A stretch of DNA of 64,000 nucleotides from Botryllus schlosseri (lineage: Eukaryota): contig CM119371.1 in the NCBI GenBank assembly GCA_051294905.1, forward strand, positions 558,001-622,000, read 5' to 3'. Below the pieces are notes generated by a model. That model saw only the letters and a program-made list of their open reading frames with translations. It was not told the DNA's origin and searched no databases. The translations under genes and the position numbers were made by a program. Each line of letters starts with the position of its first letter. Position 1 is the first letter of the stretch. Positions 22,169-34,973 of the stretch are shown here, one piece after another.

Positions 22169-22582
22169 CATGACTCGATGGAGTAGCTTCTCCTTCAGAA
22201 CTGGTGAAGTTGAACACATTTTTTACGATCGTCTGATTTCCGGCCACAAGGTTAACCGGGCTCTTGCTGAACGTCAGATTCACATTTTCACCTTGAGCCA
22301 AAGTTGCAGATCCTAAAACACAAGTGAGTAATGTATTACGTGCCCGGTTACATACATGTTCTTTTCATAAAATAAATTGGGATTCTATTATGTTCTTCTA
22401 TACATTTCTGTATATTCTTTAAACAGCGAGCGAAATGTGCTGAATTTAAATAACTATACAACTGTTTAATAAGTGGTCTGCGCTAAAAACAACAGACATT
22501 ACTCACCCCTTGCTTGCGGTGATAATGACGTAGGCATTTCTTCAGCGACACCTGAATCGTGATCTTGACCCCCTTCTGCCAT
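22169..22582 (-). CDS. 5' coding exons of an unidentified host gene (22582-22507 and 22312-22169), downstream part probably decayed
   Basis: GCCATGG start giving MAEGGQDHDSGVAEEMPTSLSPQAR; GTGAGT donor, TTTTAG acceptor, phase-compatible 144-nt open exon GSATLAQGENVNLTFSKSPVNLVAGNQTIV..., GTAAGT donor. Confidence 0.6.
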
Positions 22583-23899
22583 GGCATTAATAGCTTGGTC
22601 CTGATCAGCTAGCGTATATGACAATACTGAAAATATATATATATATTTACCTATTAGGTTACTTTGGGAGACAATCGTACTTATTTTTGTAGCAGTTGGG
22701 GGACGAAAAAATTGGGAGACAATTTTTGGTCCCCCTAAATATTGGCGACATTTTTCCCTCGGTTGCTATCGTCTGTTAAGCAAATCAGTTTGGGACCACG
22801 CTTATTAGTCCCTCATTTGTCCCTTGCAAAAGAAATCAAGCCATGAGTAGCAGGAATTTCGAGTTACAATGGCGACATTTTGACCCCTGTATAAACCCCG
22901 TATTTTGAAAAGTGGCATTAAGTCGACAACCAATAGGGGGGATTTTCTTCCACTTTTCGCGCGTATAAAATGACACCGCTTTGCATACATGATAGTTTTT
23001 GTTTAGAATTCACTCAGTTTAGACCATTCTGGTATATATAGGGATTTTAAGACTTTATACACTGTATAAAAAAATGAAGACATAAAAAATGCTGACTACC
23101 ATTGTGATGACTCGACGTAAGTTCTAGTTGCGATGTTGGTAGACACCGCGGATCGTACGATTTTAATGTCGATTCCTAATATTTGGGCCCTGATTAGCTC
23201 TTAGCAAAGGCGAAAGGGCACTATACCATCGTTAAATTTTGTTATAAAACACTCGTGATACATATTGTGTAAAGAATCCCTGCTTTACCTTAATACAACT
23301 CCATCAAATATATGTATTGGTTAAAGCATGATAAATATTATGTAGTATTTCCCGCACCCAATATATCGAGCTGATAGGTCGTTGATTTGCTTATGTCAAG
23401 ACAGCTTTAAGATGCCCTGTCAGTTGCGAGCGTAAGGCATATACCTTGTGTCAGTTATTCACAACCTTCTATGTCTTTGCGGACCCCTTTTGGACCGTCG
23501 CGAGCCTCCGCAGACCCCCGACTTTTATTTCTAATTTAGCTCGAATTATTGTTTCCGCTCAAGCCAGACAATGTGCAATGCGGTACAAAAGATGCATTGC
23601 GACATATTGAACAGAGAGGAGAATGCTAAAACTACCAAACACGGTCATAGCATCCATCTCGGCCTATCGCCAAGGTGATAGGCTTCTATTTTGATCTCTT
23701 CAGCTGTGTTTCGGTTGCTTGTCCTTGCAATTCAGTGTTCGCTTTCCTGGCATTCGAAAATCCATGTCGTTGTCGGAGGAGTAGCCCAGATAAACCAAGG
23801 AGGGTTGTTGCTCTAACAGTGCAAATAAGAAAGGATTCACCTTGCAAATGCTCAAGAGAGAGATAACGAACAAACTTATATTTATCTTAACCATCGGAT

Positions 23900-24003
23900 A
23901 CTGTGTATACCAGTTTTCGAATCTTAGGTCTGACCCGCCCGGGGATTGAACCAACGTTTTACAGATCAAAAATCCGCACGCATCACTGCTACGCTATCTC
24001 CCC
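23900..24003 (-). mobile_element. tRNA-derived SINE head (family 2)
   Basis: A-box-like TAGCGTAGCAG and B-box GGTTCAATCCC followed by GGGTCAGACCTAAGATTCGAAAACTGGTAT; homologous to 45875-45980. Confidence 0.5.
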
Positions 24004-25111
24004 CCTTCCTGCCACACCCAGATATTCCTACCCCGCTTGGGGGAGGGCGAGCTCGAATGGTGCCAAAAATTATTTCGTGAATAAACATTAATTATTCGCT
24101 ATTTATTTGTAAATTTTTGTAGCTTTTTAATTTTCCTCCGCTGTTCGCGATTTCAGGTAGATAAATGTTTTGATTATTAGGCACCCTTCATCCACAAAAA
24201 AACACGCATCATTTATGGGCGTATAGGCATCTAAGCGTCGGCCATTACCACACCACGATGTGTGAAGACATATAAAGTTTGGGCCAACATGGGTCTCAGT
24301 GAAGTGAGCCAAAGAGATCGTCAGCAAGAAAACATTAGCCGAAAAGGATTGCCCTTATGTTGACCGTAAACATAGATGTAAAAATGTATTTGTCCGGTAC
24401 CTAAATTGCTGGCGCCGAATATTCATGTCGTGTCAATCTGGACCAAATGAATATAAAATGTGACCTAATAGGGCCGCGGGTGTAATCATCCCTCTCCACA
24501 TCCACAATAATTTCGTTGCTAGGGAGAGGAGAACAGCAGCACCGACTAGCATAATAACAATATATCTCGTCGTCATTTTCGAATTATGTGCAAGGTCAAA
24601 CGAACCATGTGACCTCAATCAGCTTTCCATACCTTCGTAAGTTTGTAGCAGTTCCTTAAATGATTATAATCACCCTATCATCTTCACCATAAACGCATAT
24701 CTGGGTTGAAAACATGTAATATCAATCAAGCGTACTTTTAACATTAAATTCAACTGACGTAGCTCATGTCATCCGCTCATACCATGCAGCAGTTCTGATT
24801 GAAAAATCAAACTCGTTTATTCGTCATCACATACAAGGATAAAATGACTCTGCAAAGCTAACATAAACAAATAATGATGATCAGGCTGAAATGTGGCGAT
24901 ATAGGATTGGAAAGCAGCCAACTGCAAAGTTGACTGGTTTTGTCATTTCACAACGTCACAATGCTGCGGCAGGAGAGTGTCCATTCAAACACCTATCAGA
25001 CATTGTGATATCAGCTGTAAATACCCGCACCCGCAGTGTCGGTTTCGCACAATGCACCGGTTAACACCGTTGCGAAGGTGAACCTAACACGACAGTCAAT
25101 TTTGGCAAGAA

Positions 25112-25260
25112 TTGAAGACCAGACGGCACAAGACCGAGCTTAAAGAACTTCAGCTCAGAGATGGAACGGTAACGACTGACCGTAATATTATTGCTAACCA
25201 GATTGAACAATTTTACACAGAATTGTGGACCCGACACGACGGCATTAATTCGTACGATCA
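25112..25260 (+). mobile_element. Non-LTR retrotransposon (L1/Tx1-like) ORF2 linker fragment
   Basis: ELQLRDGTVTTDRNIIANQIEQFYTELW resembles the linker between the endonuclease and RT of LINE ORF2; no RT motifs recognised nearby. Confidence 0.5.
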
Positions 25261-28200
25261 AGACGAATATCCATCATCGTACAAGCACGACTGCATGCAT
25301 GCAAAATATCCTCAACACTCCCAGTAAAACATATTTGCGATAAATATCATACTATGAACGTATTGACTCGGTGGAGTTTTACCGTGAGAGAAATGCTGTT
25401 TGACCCCATCGACCTAGCCTTGGATTTACGGTTTCGAAAAATTCCACCAGAAGAAGCTGTGATCGAGTGTCGCAATCAATGTCAGCCACGCTCCATCAAT
25501 CTGTTGTCTTGAAAAAACTTGTACGTATACGCCAGAGATGAGCATTGATTAGGATTTAGAGAAAACATATTTGTGAAATTTTGCTGGATTAGGATTGCAT
25601 TAGGTTTTGAGATTGATTTACTATATCGTACGGGCAACTACTACCGGGCCCCGTCGTGACGAAATCGGATTAATCAGTCGCGGAACGACAAGTTAGGGCT
25701 GACCGCTTTTACTCCTAGTTTATTCTTGAAAGCTCTATAGATTACTGGTTAGCTGTATTGTTGTGGACGAATGAAAAGAGTTAGTTGTCGCTATTGTACA
25801 ATTTACACTTTGTGTTATACATTATTCGTTACCACCACGAACTAGGAGGTCAATCACGACGACGGGCAACTCCTCCCAATTGGCGGAATACTGTTTGATT
25901 CCTTTATATAATCAGGTTTAGCGCCATAAGAAGTATATTAGAAGTTTATGATTGAATACAATCTTATCCATCAAACAACAAACAAATAACATCCATTCAA
26001 AAGTCACTTGACAAAATTTATCAACCCCCATATATTAATCGATGTAGTCAACTGGTTTGTGTTGTCTAATTTACTTTCTACACCCGCTTCACAGCTCCAC
26101 ACCAGGTGTAAACTCGAGTAAACATAATTATTGAGGCGTATAGCACGCAGTGGGGTCCTCATGGATCAACACTGTATTGACGGGCAACCCAAAAGCCTAC
26201 ATAGGCGGTAATGTGACGTTGAAGGAATAACGAAATTACACGTTAGCGCCTGTGTTTTCACAGATCATCGGCTTACCTATGAGTAAAAAGCGACATCAAT
26301 CATATAGAAGGTGTGGTAAACGATCGGTTACGGTCCGGAATGAGATGTGGTAAACGCGTATTGTGTTGAACGCATCAAATCAGTCCCCCTGGGTATTTAT
26401 GACCACACTCGATGATAACAAACGCTCAAAGACATGAAAGCACGTACGACCGAATATCGACGCTAACAAGAGAACGATCAACCAATGACCAACTTGGCAG
26501 TGACTTTCCGCTTTTGTAAGTTTACCAAAGCCATGAGGTCGTGCAAATAGGCCAGGCGTCAATTTCTATATTCTATACATGATCGAGTGATCACTATTAC
26601 GACGTTTGACATTGGCACTCCAACGGTGGGATAGACTGATGCTAACAGAGGTCTTGGAAGGAACCGCGACTGAGCAACACCGTTCAAAATGCTTCGTACC
26701 CGCTTCGTACCCGTGCCATTACAGAAGTGGGGTGACCTCGGTATGATCGGGTCTATCGAATACCTGTGAATGTGGGTGTGGCCATTAGATTTGTTGTCGC
26801 TAGTTGTTGCTTCTAGCCTTTGTCTGATGAATTAAGCCGCTCTCCATCACATTGCCAGTAGAGAGAATAAGGTTGCCGTATCGGTGTTATCGAAAATACC
26901 CACCACGCAAGGTCACCTGTTTCGGTTGCCAAATGCACATTCGTTGGTCGAGAGTGTCTCATACTGAGTCGTCAATGAATTGACGCAACAGTGTGACAAT
27001 TCGGTTTGTTAACTAGTACGCATTGTTGTCTGTGGTGTCGTTAGAAAACAACTTTAATGAATTGATATCTCTGTCAATTCAGGGTATCGGGCTTATAGAC
27101 CACTATGAAACCTTATTTAAGTATTGTATCGCGTGTTAATTGATTAGAGAGAAGCAGACATGGCGGTGCCTGTATAAAAATACTGTTGTCAAATCCACTT
27201 TGTCCTCGTTATATCGGCGAGATACGGCTTTGTAGTGACATTGCTGTTGGTAAAATACATTGATTGAATACGATTTATTCCTCGAATATGCTGATTGCCC
27301 GCTTCTGGTAAACACATATGTAAATGGTGCAATATCGACAGCTAACGGTTGTCAATCAGCGATAACAGTACAGCTACCAGTAATCTATACAACTCTCAAG
27401 GATAAACTAGGAATATATGCGTGAGCCGACTCGGTTGAACTATGGGGCACGTTTAGACACAAAAGCTCTGTCTTAGAACTTCATGTTTATGAAAAAGCTT
27501 GGTATAACGTGAATGGAGAGATACTCTGATCCACCCGGACAGAAACGCGTGTATATCGCTTCCGGTTCACACCGCAGTAAATTGTACAGACTCGCCACGA
27601 TCGCCAAATGCTCCATAGTATCATACGCGACACGCACCGATTTAGCGTCTGAAGGATACTACTGGCTAGGATTTGAAGACAAAATCAAATGCTTTGGATG
27701 CAGTGTGTACCTCGAAAGATGGACCGGGTCGAGTGCCTGGCGTCATGACGCGAATTGTGTACGAGACGCGTTGAACATACCTATTCTGAAATCGAATTTC
27801 AAAAGTTTATTGAGACAGTTTAAAGACGCTGGAAACGCCAACATCAACTTTGCGAATATCGTTGATCAAGAGCACGAGTATCGGCTTAGGAATCTCTACT
27901 TGCGAAAGGAGTCGAAGCGTCGCGAAACCTTTGATAAATGTCCCAGCCATCGGTCGGCGAGTTGGCAAAAAAAGGTTTATTCTACCTCGGTGACCTAGAC
28001 AGCAGGGCTGTGGAGTCGGTAAATTTTACCACCGACTCCGGCTCCGACTCCGACTCCACACATTTTCAAAATACCGACTCCGACTCCGACTCCTGAGTCT
28101 TTAAACGTACCGACTCCGACTCCGACTCCGACTCCTGGGTCTTTAAACGTACCGACTCCGACTCCAGCATTATTACCAATTTACCTCGAAAATTATATGC

Positions 28201-28557
28201 CACATTGTCGGTTGAATGACTATCATACAACCATTAAACATATGCAAACATATGATTAACTGCGGCATGCTGAATTGTTTCATTGTGGCACAGCTCGAAT
28301 TATCCACTATGCAATTAACATGAAATAAAGATTTGTTAAATATCCTTCCTTATTCAAGTTTTTATAACATGGACTCTCTAATATCCTGAAATTTATGAAT
28401 CATTCAAATATGGCAGATATCCAATCCTGTACAATAAAAATGTAGATAAAAAATCCAAGTGTAGCTCTTGTGTATGACTCAGCAACTAATAAAGAAATTG
28501 AACTTACTAATTTTGTCCTTACACACTATCCTGATTACAAGCACAAACACTCTTACT

Positions 28558-29914
28558 CAGGGCCGTAACAGCACTTCGTCAGGCCCTTCCCAAAACGTTG
28601 GTCTCGGCCCCCCCATATGGTGGTAAAGCGAACTTCTGGGGGGCTGCGCCCCCCAGACCCCCCTCCGACTATACGCTGTTTATGTGTTTACATTGGCTAT
28701 ACGTTGTTTCTGCATTGGGTGTCCGTTTAGTGAATCTGCTTTGCTTGCCTAATCGCGCGAAGCGCGAGAAATTTCTATAATTCATGAATGAATCGGTCAA
28801 TATGATCGGTCTTGCTTATATATTGCTATCAATTTTTATCCTCTCTCTGCTCCCGTATCTGATTTACCGGTAAGCTGAGTAAGGTCTGCTTGAAAAGGTA
28901 TATGACCCCTCAATAGTAATTGAACATCTCCGGGTGCATACCCGCTGGCAGGAATGAAAGAGCACTTCGTCCGGCTCCTCGAAAAACTTGAGTCTTGGGA
29001 TTCCATAGGGTGATAAACCGACTCCCCCCCCCAATCACGTTGTTCACTTTTTCCACGAACTTACAGTTGTATTGTTCAGTTAGTCAGCGCCAAGCGCGAA
29101 AGTTTTTGATAATTCATGATAAAATCGGCCAATAAGATCGGGAATTGCATATATATTGCAATCAATTTCTTGTCCTCTCTACTCACGTAATCGGATTTAC
29201 CGGTAGAGCTGAGTGAGGTGTCTTTGAAACTGTAGAGCCCGCAAATAATAATTAAACATCTTCTGACGGGCGGACTCGTTGGTATGACTTCGTTACATGA
29301 TGTTATTTCGTGACCTCCTGTCTGCTATATCAAAAAATATAGAATCGCCCAAACGTACTAAACTAAAAGATCACACGATTTCAAATTGGTATTTCTTCAC
29401 TGGCATCTAATTTTTTCCTGTGGGATGGTATTTGTCTTTTGAGGTTCAGATTACCAAGACAGGTACATTCAGCGCCAGTCATTTAGGCACCTATGGACAA
29501 ATAAACCCATATGTATTTCGTATATATAACGAAGTTTTCGGTCCCCAAAAGGGCAGTCCTTTCCGGCCAAGGGTTCTCGCTGCCGATCGTTCTGGCACAC
29601 TTCTTGGAGTCGCGTGTTACATGGCCTGAAACTGTATATGTCTTGGTGCGTCGTGGCGCGGTAATGGCTAGCGCCGATATGCCCATATCTATAAATCTTG
29701 CGTATTTTTCCTTGGAGGAAGAGTTGCCTACCCAATAATCTGAACACTTGACACGTTGAAATCGCGCGCAGCGCGAAAAATTTTTGAAAAAGTTGCATGA
29801 AGTTTAAAAAAATACTCTATAATTTACGCTAATTCACGAAAAAATTTGGGGCCCCCTTCGAGCTCGCCCCCCCCCAATTGGGGGGTTTGGGGTGCGGCAG
29901 TTACGGCCGTAAGA
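28558..29914. mobile_element. Nested hAT-like MITE
   Basis: Left TIR CAGGGCCGTAAC, degenerate right end GTTACGGCCG; CTCTTACT on both sides (28550-28557, 29915-29922). Confidence 0.65.
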
Positions 29915-30312
29915 CTCTTACTAGTAGTAAGAGTCTTACTACTAGTAATAGACATTGGTCATGAATGGAATTTAGTTAAGTAGTCAAAGACCATAGCCTA
30001 TGTCTAGTCTACATGTACTTAATCAAGTATTCAAGGATTGGGACTTGAAGTCTTTCTTAATCATTTGTTCGACCCGAACAGCTAAGCTACACTACAAATA
30101 TTGTTAATTTTGGCAAATGGGAAGCATCGTTTGGTCAAATTTACATATTTTTACAATTTTACAAAACCAGCCAATGCATTTTCTCTGTCACAGTATCATG
30201 GTATAATTCCAAAAATTGCATCAACTTTAACTGCATCGCGAAAACGCATCTTGCGATTTTCTTCCCCTCTGCAACTGAGTTGTAATTTGCAAGTAATGTC
30301 TTTTATCTATAT

Positions 30313-31138
30313 CAGGGGTGGGCAACTTTTTCGGCGAAACTGACACCTGAGATTTACGAACCATTGCGCGGGCAACGGGAATGTTGATAACCTTTTTTTA
30401 GTCGCCGATAGGAGCGAACCAAATTATGAAACATTGCAAACAAGACTTATATTACATCACTCTAAAATTGATAACATTATGTCATCCAACTGTGCAGTGC
30501 GCAATCAGGCCCTGGTCGTTTTTTGCAAGATAACGACTGAATTAAGCTATAGGTAATCAATAAATATGTCGCTAACATACATTGGGGGTCGCATCTGTAT
30601 ACCACTGGGCTCATTTGGCAAGGACAGGATTATTCGACATTTAGACATAGCAAAATCGACGGTATCAGTGAACATGCCTCTATCATTTTGTGCATATGTT
30701 TTGTAGACGATCTCGCTGCGAGTGCACAAGCGAAGCCGTATTTCCTAATTGCGAATATAGTTAGGCTCAATTATGTGAAGAATATATGTATTTATAATTT
30801 TCAAAAGGGGGCTCAAATACTGAATGCAAGAAATCTAGTGACAATGAATGATGCGAAGTACCGAGAAAAATTTGAAGTCAACTAAATCTGCTCTGAAATA
30901 TTCTACTTCATGGTCATATACGAAGATCTGGGATAAATGTGGCTGACCCCTGGATACGCCAATGCCTCAGAACTGTTGATTTAGTCATCATCAAATTTCT
31001 CGGTCACGCTAATCAAAATTTGGTTGGCCTTGCAATTGTACCTGATGTCAAAAATAATTTCGAGAATTACCTCGCAGGCCACACCTAACCTTCTCATGTG
31101 CCAAATTTGGCCTGCGTGCTACGGGCTGGCCGCAGCTG
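30313..31138. mobile_element. Nested hAT MITE (older)
   Basis: CAGGGGTGGGCAAC left end, degenerate right end; TSD ATCTATAT/ATCTGTAT. Confidence 0.6.
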
Positions 31139-34100
31139 ATCTGTATGGTTAATAATAACAGTGATTATTGGTACATAAAATTATATTGAAAATTCTTTGA
31201 AAGCAAATGTTTTCATGATAGAGAAGTTGGAGTCGGAGTCGGAGTCGAAATCATAGTCACTCTCACAAACTCCGACTCCGACTCCAGCCAGTATTTTCAC
31301 ACCGACTCCGACTCCGACTCCGACTCCAGCTATTACAGTTTCCACGACTCCGACTCCGACTCCGACTCCATCAAGCGAAAATTACCCCGACTCCGACTCC
31401 GACTCCACCGACTCCGACTCCGACTCCACAGCCCTGCTAGACAGAACGCAGTGCTTCAGCTGCTCCGGCGTTCTCCGCAATTGGATGCCTACAGACGATG
31501 TATCTGAAATACACTTGACGTATCTCCCGGATTGTTGTTTCGCACGTGGTGACGATTCGGGGAATGTGGCGCTAACCGAGCACGAACGAGACAATTTGGA
31601 TAAGTTGCTTGACGACAAAATACGACTTCTCACATTACATCTACAAGAACCACGGGAACCCTCCGAGGACAAAAAGCAATGTCTCGAGCAACTATTTCCT
31701 TGTCTTAATCCCGTGAATCCTCTCATGTCGTCGTTGTCAAAAAGAATCGCAACGTTCGACAAAGGCTGGGAAACGAATAAAATTAAGGCTAGTGTTGAAC
31801 AGTTAGCAAAAGCGGGGTTTTACTACGTCGATTCGGACAGAACCAAATGCTTTTACTGTGACGGTGGTCTTCGTTGGGACCGTGAAGACGAGGTGTGGAC
31901 AGAACATGCTAAATGGTTTCCACAATGCGAATACGTACTCCGAACGAAAGGTATCGAGTTTGCGCAACGTATCGAAAAGACACACCCGAATCTCAATCGT
32001 CATGTGATTAGAAACCCCATAACCAGGCAAGAGTTGATCAAACGTCAAAAATTGATTTGCGGAAACGTCAGTCGTGTGATCGAGCTATGAGTTAAATAGA
32101 GGCGATAAAACGATTGTGGTGTATCAACACCTTTTTGCGAGACTTGTGTAACTGTGTCTTTTGTGCTGAAAACACTACCGACAAATTAGAATGAATTTCG
32201 TCTATATTCACTGTAAAATTATTTGAGCAATAAGAAGATGACGGGGTGCAGTTGCTTACTACACAAGTCAGTCGGTGTGGATAAGCAGGCGCGTGGTCAG
32301 CAACGAAATACAGGCACTATTTCTGAGGTACTCGAGTAAGTTTTGTCTACTATCACAGTTACCAACGTGCTTGCGCTCGACAGTTTTATGGGGACCTACT
32401 CTTTTATAATTAGGATAGAAAGCGATTTCACGATACCGACATTTCTTTAAAACTACTTGAGTACTCCAAAACTATATTTTGCCCTTCCATTTGAAGTAAA
32501 TTTAGCATGTGTTGTATATCGCTCCAGCTATCCCAATAACCTCGCCAGAATGCGTAGTTTCGTCCGGATCTCAGCACGTTGTGTATACATAGAGAGGGAG
32601 TGCAGTGGCGACTTGCTTCAGTCGAGTAACGAACGATGTCGATTTCACACGCATTCCAAAGTACATCTAGTGAGAATGATGTAGCCTACCACTACCCCGG
32701 CTATTCTCGGTACGACATTGGATCATTTGGCTGTACTAAGGTGGGTATACCCCGACATGGTCGAGTGCGCTCGATTTTATCATGTAACGGTAGTTTGGGT
32801 CGCTTTTACTATTTTCCTATACATGATTACGCAGCCCCCGTATCCACGTAATAGCCTTCACAATGCACTCATAGCGTCAATTTTTTCCGATTTGGCCACC
32901 TAAATACCCGACTTTCGTAATCTAGGCCCACATTTTTGCGTTACTCGTGGGTTTTTTTTGGGATATTTTAAGCTGAAGGACAAATTGACAGAAAGAGAGT
33001 ACATTTGGGAGAAGAGGTGACATATCTGGGAAAAGGAGGACATATACCCCCCTAAATCAGGCCGTATGGTAACCCTATTAAAGTAGGAGAGGCGATGGGG
33101 ACATCAAATGTATCGTATTGTGTTGGTGTCAACCCGAAAACGCGAGTTTTGTCGAACAGGCGGATTGATGACTGACATCGATTGTGTCACGCTCGATTGA
33201 TCACAGCTGATTTACGTACATCACACCACATCGAAAATTACAAGTATTCGAACGACAAGTCCCGAGAACCAGTCAGTGTGATCACCGTTCCCGTCGAAAA
33301 ATTAAGCGATTTTCTCGAATACCCAACCGGATGACGGGTGCAATACTAACGCATTTTTTGGCTCTTTGGACCTGGATTAGAAGTCCACCGTCACCGATCA
33401 CCATATTACAATACTAACGTAAACAACCCTGTCAAAGGACTCGTACGAAATATTATCCTGTGAACGTGGTGGATTAGCTTTTCATAATAATATGAATGAA
33501 ATTTACATAGATATATCCCATTGGAGTTGTTGGCGGGTAAAGTTCTTATCGTTGTGTGATTTTGCCAATATGCTCCTCGTGGTTCCAAACCTAATTACAC
33601 TAATAACACATGTACAGACAAACAGAAGTCCGCCAATGAGTCGAGTCGAGTCAAAGTTTCGTTGTACGCAAATGAATGTACAACGACACTCCCCTTACAG
33701 CATAACTGTTTTGTCTGGACGGGGGTGTTCACGATTCGTTTCCGGACCCGGCGCAGATTTCATCAGTTTTGGTTAAAGCCACACCGGATGCGGCCAGGTG
33801 TCTTTGAGAGTCGGATTTATGCCACATTTTACCAGCCCAATATATGGAAATACCAGGACTTTACGTGCCAGCCGGATTTTTTGGACTTTGATTTTGCAAC
33901 CCCAGTCGCTGTGGATTCCGATTTCGAAATCTCCCACCGAAAGCAGGCTATGATCACGTATGATCTGTCACAATTCATTCCCATTATTGCATCACCGCTA
34001 CCGAGCTTGTTTCAGCCGAATAAGGTCAGTCCACTTATCCCTGATGAAGCGAGCTATCCCGATTCGTCACTGCACAATTGAATCTGACATCGTACTCACA

Positions 34101-34204
34101 GTTATCGAGTTCAAACGGGAAATGCGAGGCTCGAAGGGGTGACACAGCATTTCTGTGACGGTAACACTCCGCCGAATCAATCTATCCGTAGTATGGTGCT
34201 GCAA

Positions 34205-34445
34205 ATATGCTTGGAGGTGTTGGCATAACATGTGTTGAGGATATTTTACGGCACATGCGAACGCAACTGATTGTCTGCAGCGAAATTAGTCGACTTCGAG
34301 CGACGGTGCGTGGCTACCGATGCAATATATCCTTAGTATGATATTGGTGTTGGCATAACCAGTGTTGAGGATATGTTACGGTACACGCGAACACAACTGA
34401 TTGTCTATAGCGAAATTAGTCGCTCTCGAACGACAAGTGCGTGGT
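34205..34445. repeat. Diverged tandem duplication, about 130-bp unit, two copies
   Basis: GGTGTTGGCATAAC...GTTGAGGATAT...CAACTGATTGTCT...GCGAAATTAGTCG occurs twice. Confidence 0.75.
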
Positions 34446-34973
34446 GAGCTCGCGATCGATATATATCGTACAGACGGGTAAAGCATTAGTTCGCCAACTG
34501 ATCGATTCAAGTTGTAAATCATGTACAGCATGCAAAATAATATGCCGCGGTAAATTGTATATCATTCACAGACACCGGCATGATTACGCTTGACCAGACG
34601 TGAAGCAGTAAAAGAACCCATCATAAATACATTGTTTGGTTGGGACTGTCTGTCCTATATGAAGACGCTAGAACGCGGTAAAGGTGTGAAACAACAGTTG
34701 TTGCTTGCACCAATTACTAGGTACGTAATATCGGAAGTTAACACGTTGATGTAAGCCAAATTGAGAATCGGCTATTTCTTTAACTAATGATTATACTCAT
34801 AATGTTACTTTATTTAAGTTAATCTATGCTGGAGCGCCTAATACACATTTCCACTACACGACATTCCTTGTTGTTCTCGATATGACACGCATATTTATAA
34901 CCACAACAGAACATTTCTCGGTACTGTTTGGGTCGACAACAAATCAAAGGGGTCAAGTACGACAGTATGAGAC

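Larger units (their letters stand above)
28003..31436. mobile_element. Non-autonomous hAT element with (GACTCC)n subterminal arrays, inserted in BIR2 of the IAP gene
   Basis: 17-bp TIR CAGGGCTGTGGAGTCGG; perfect TSD CTAGACAG at 27995-28002 and 31437-31444. Confidence 0.93.
27513..32090 (+). pseudogene. Inhibitor-of-apoptosis (IAP/BIRC-like) pseudogene with three BIR domains, split by a 3.4 kb insertion
   Basis: BIR1 RLAT...LASEGYYWLGFEDKIKCFGC; BIR2 restored across the insertion as ELAKKGLFYLGDLDRTQCFSC-x16-H-x6-C; BIR3 RIATF...LAKAGFYY...KCFYCDGGL...EHAKWFPQC; frameshift near 27940-27947. Confidence 0.9.

Noticed and set aside
28020..28170. GACTCC and AATTAC arrays as CRISPR or telomere-like repeats
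   Set aside because: No unique spacers; they sit just inside TIRs of elements with 8-bp TSDs, so they are subterminal transposon repeats.
32090..32190. RING-finger remnant after BIR3 (CGVSTPFCETC)
   Set aside because: Too few ligands, with stop codons in between; cannot be supported.
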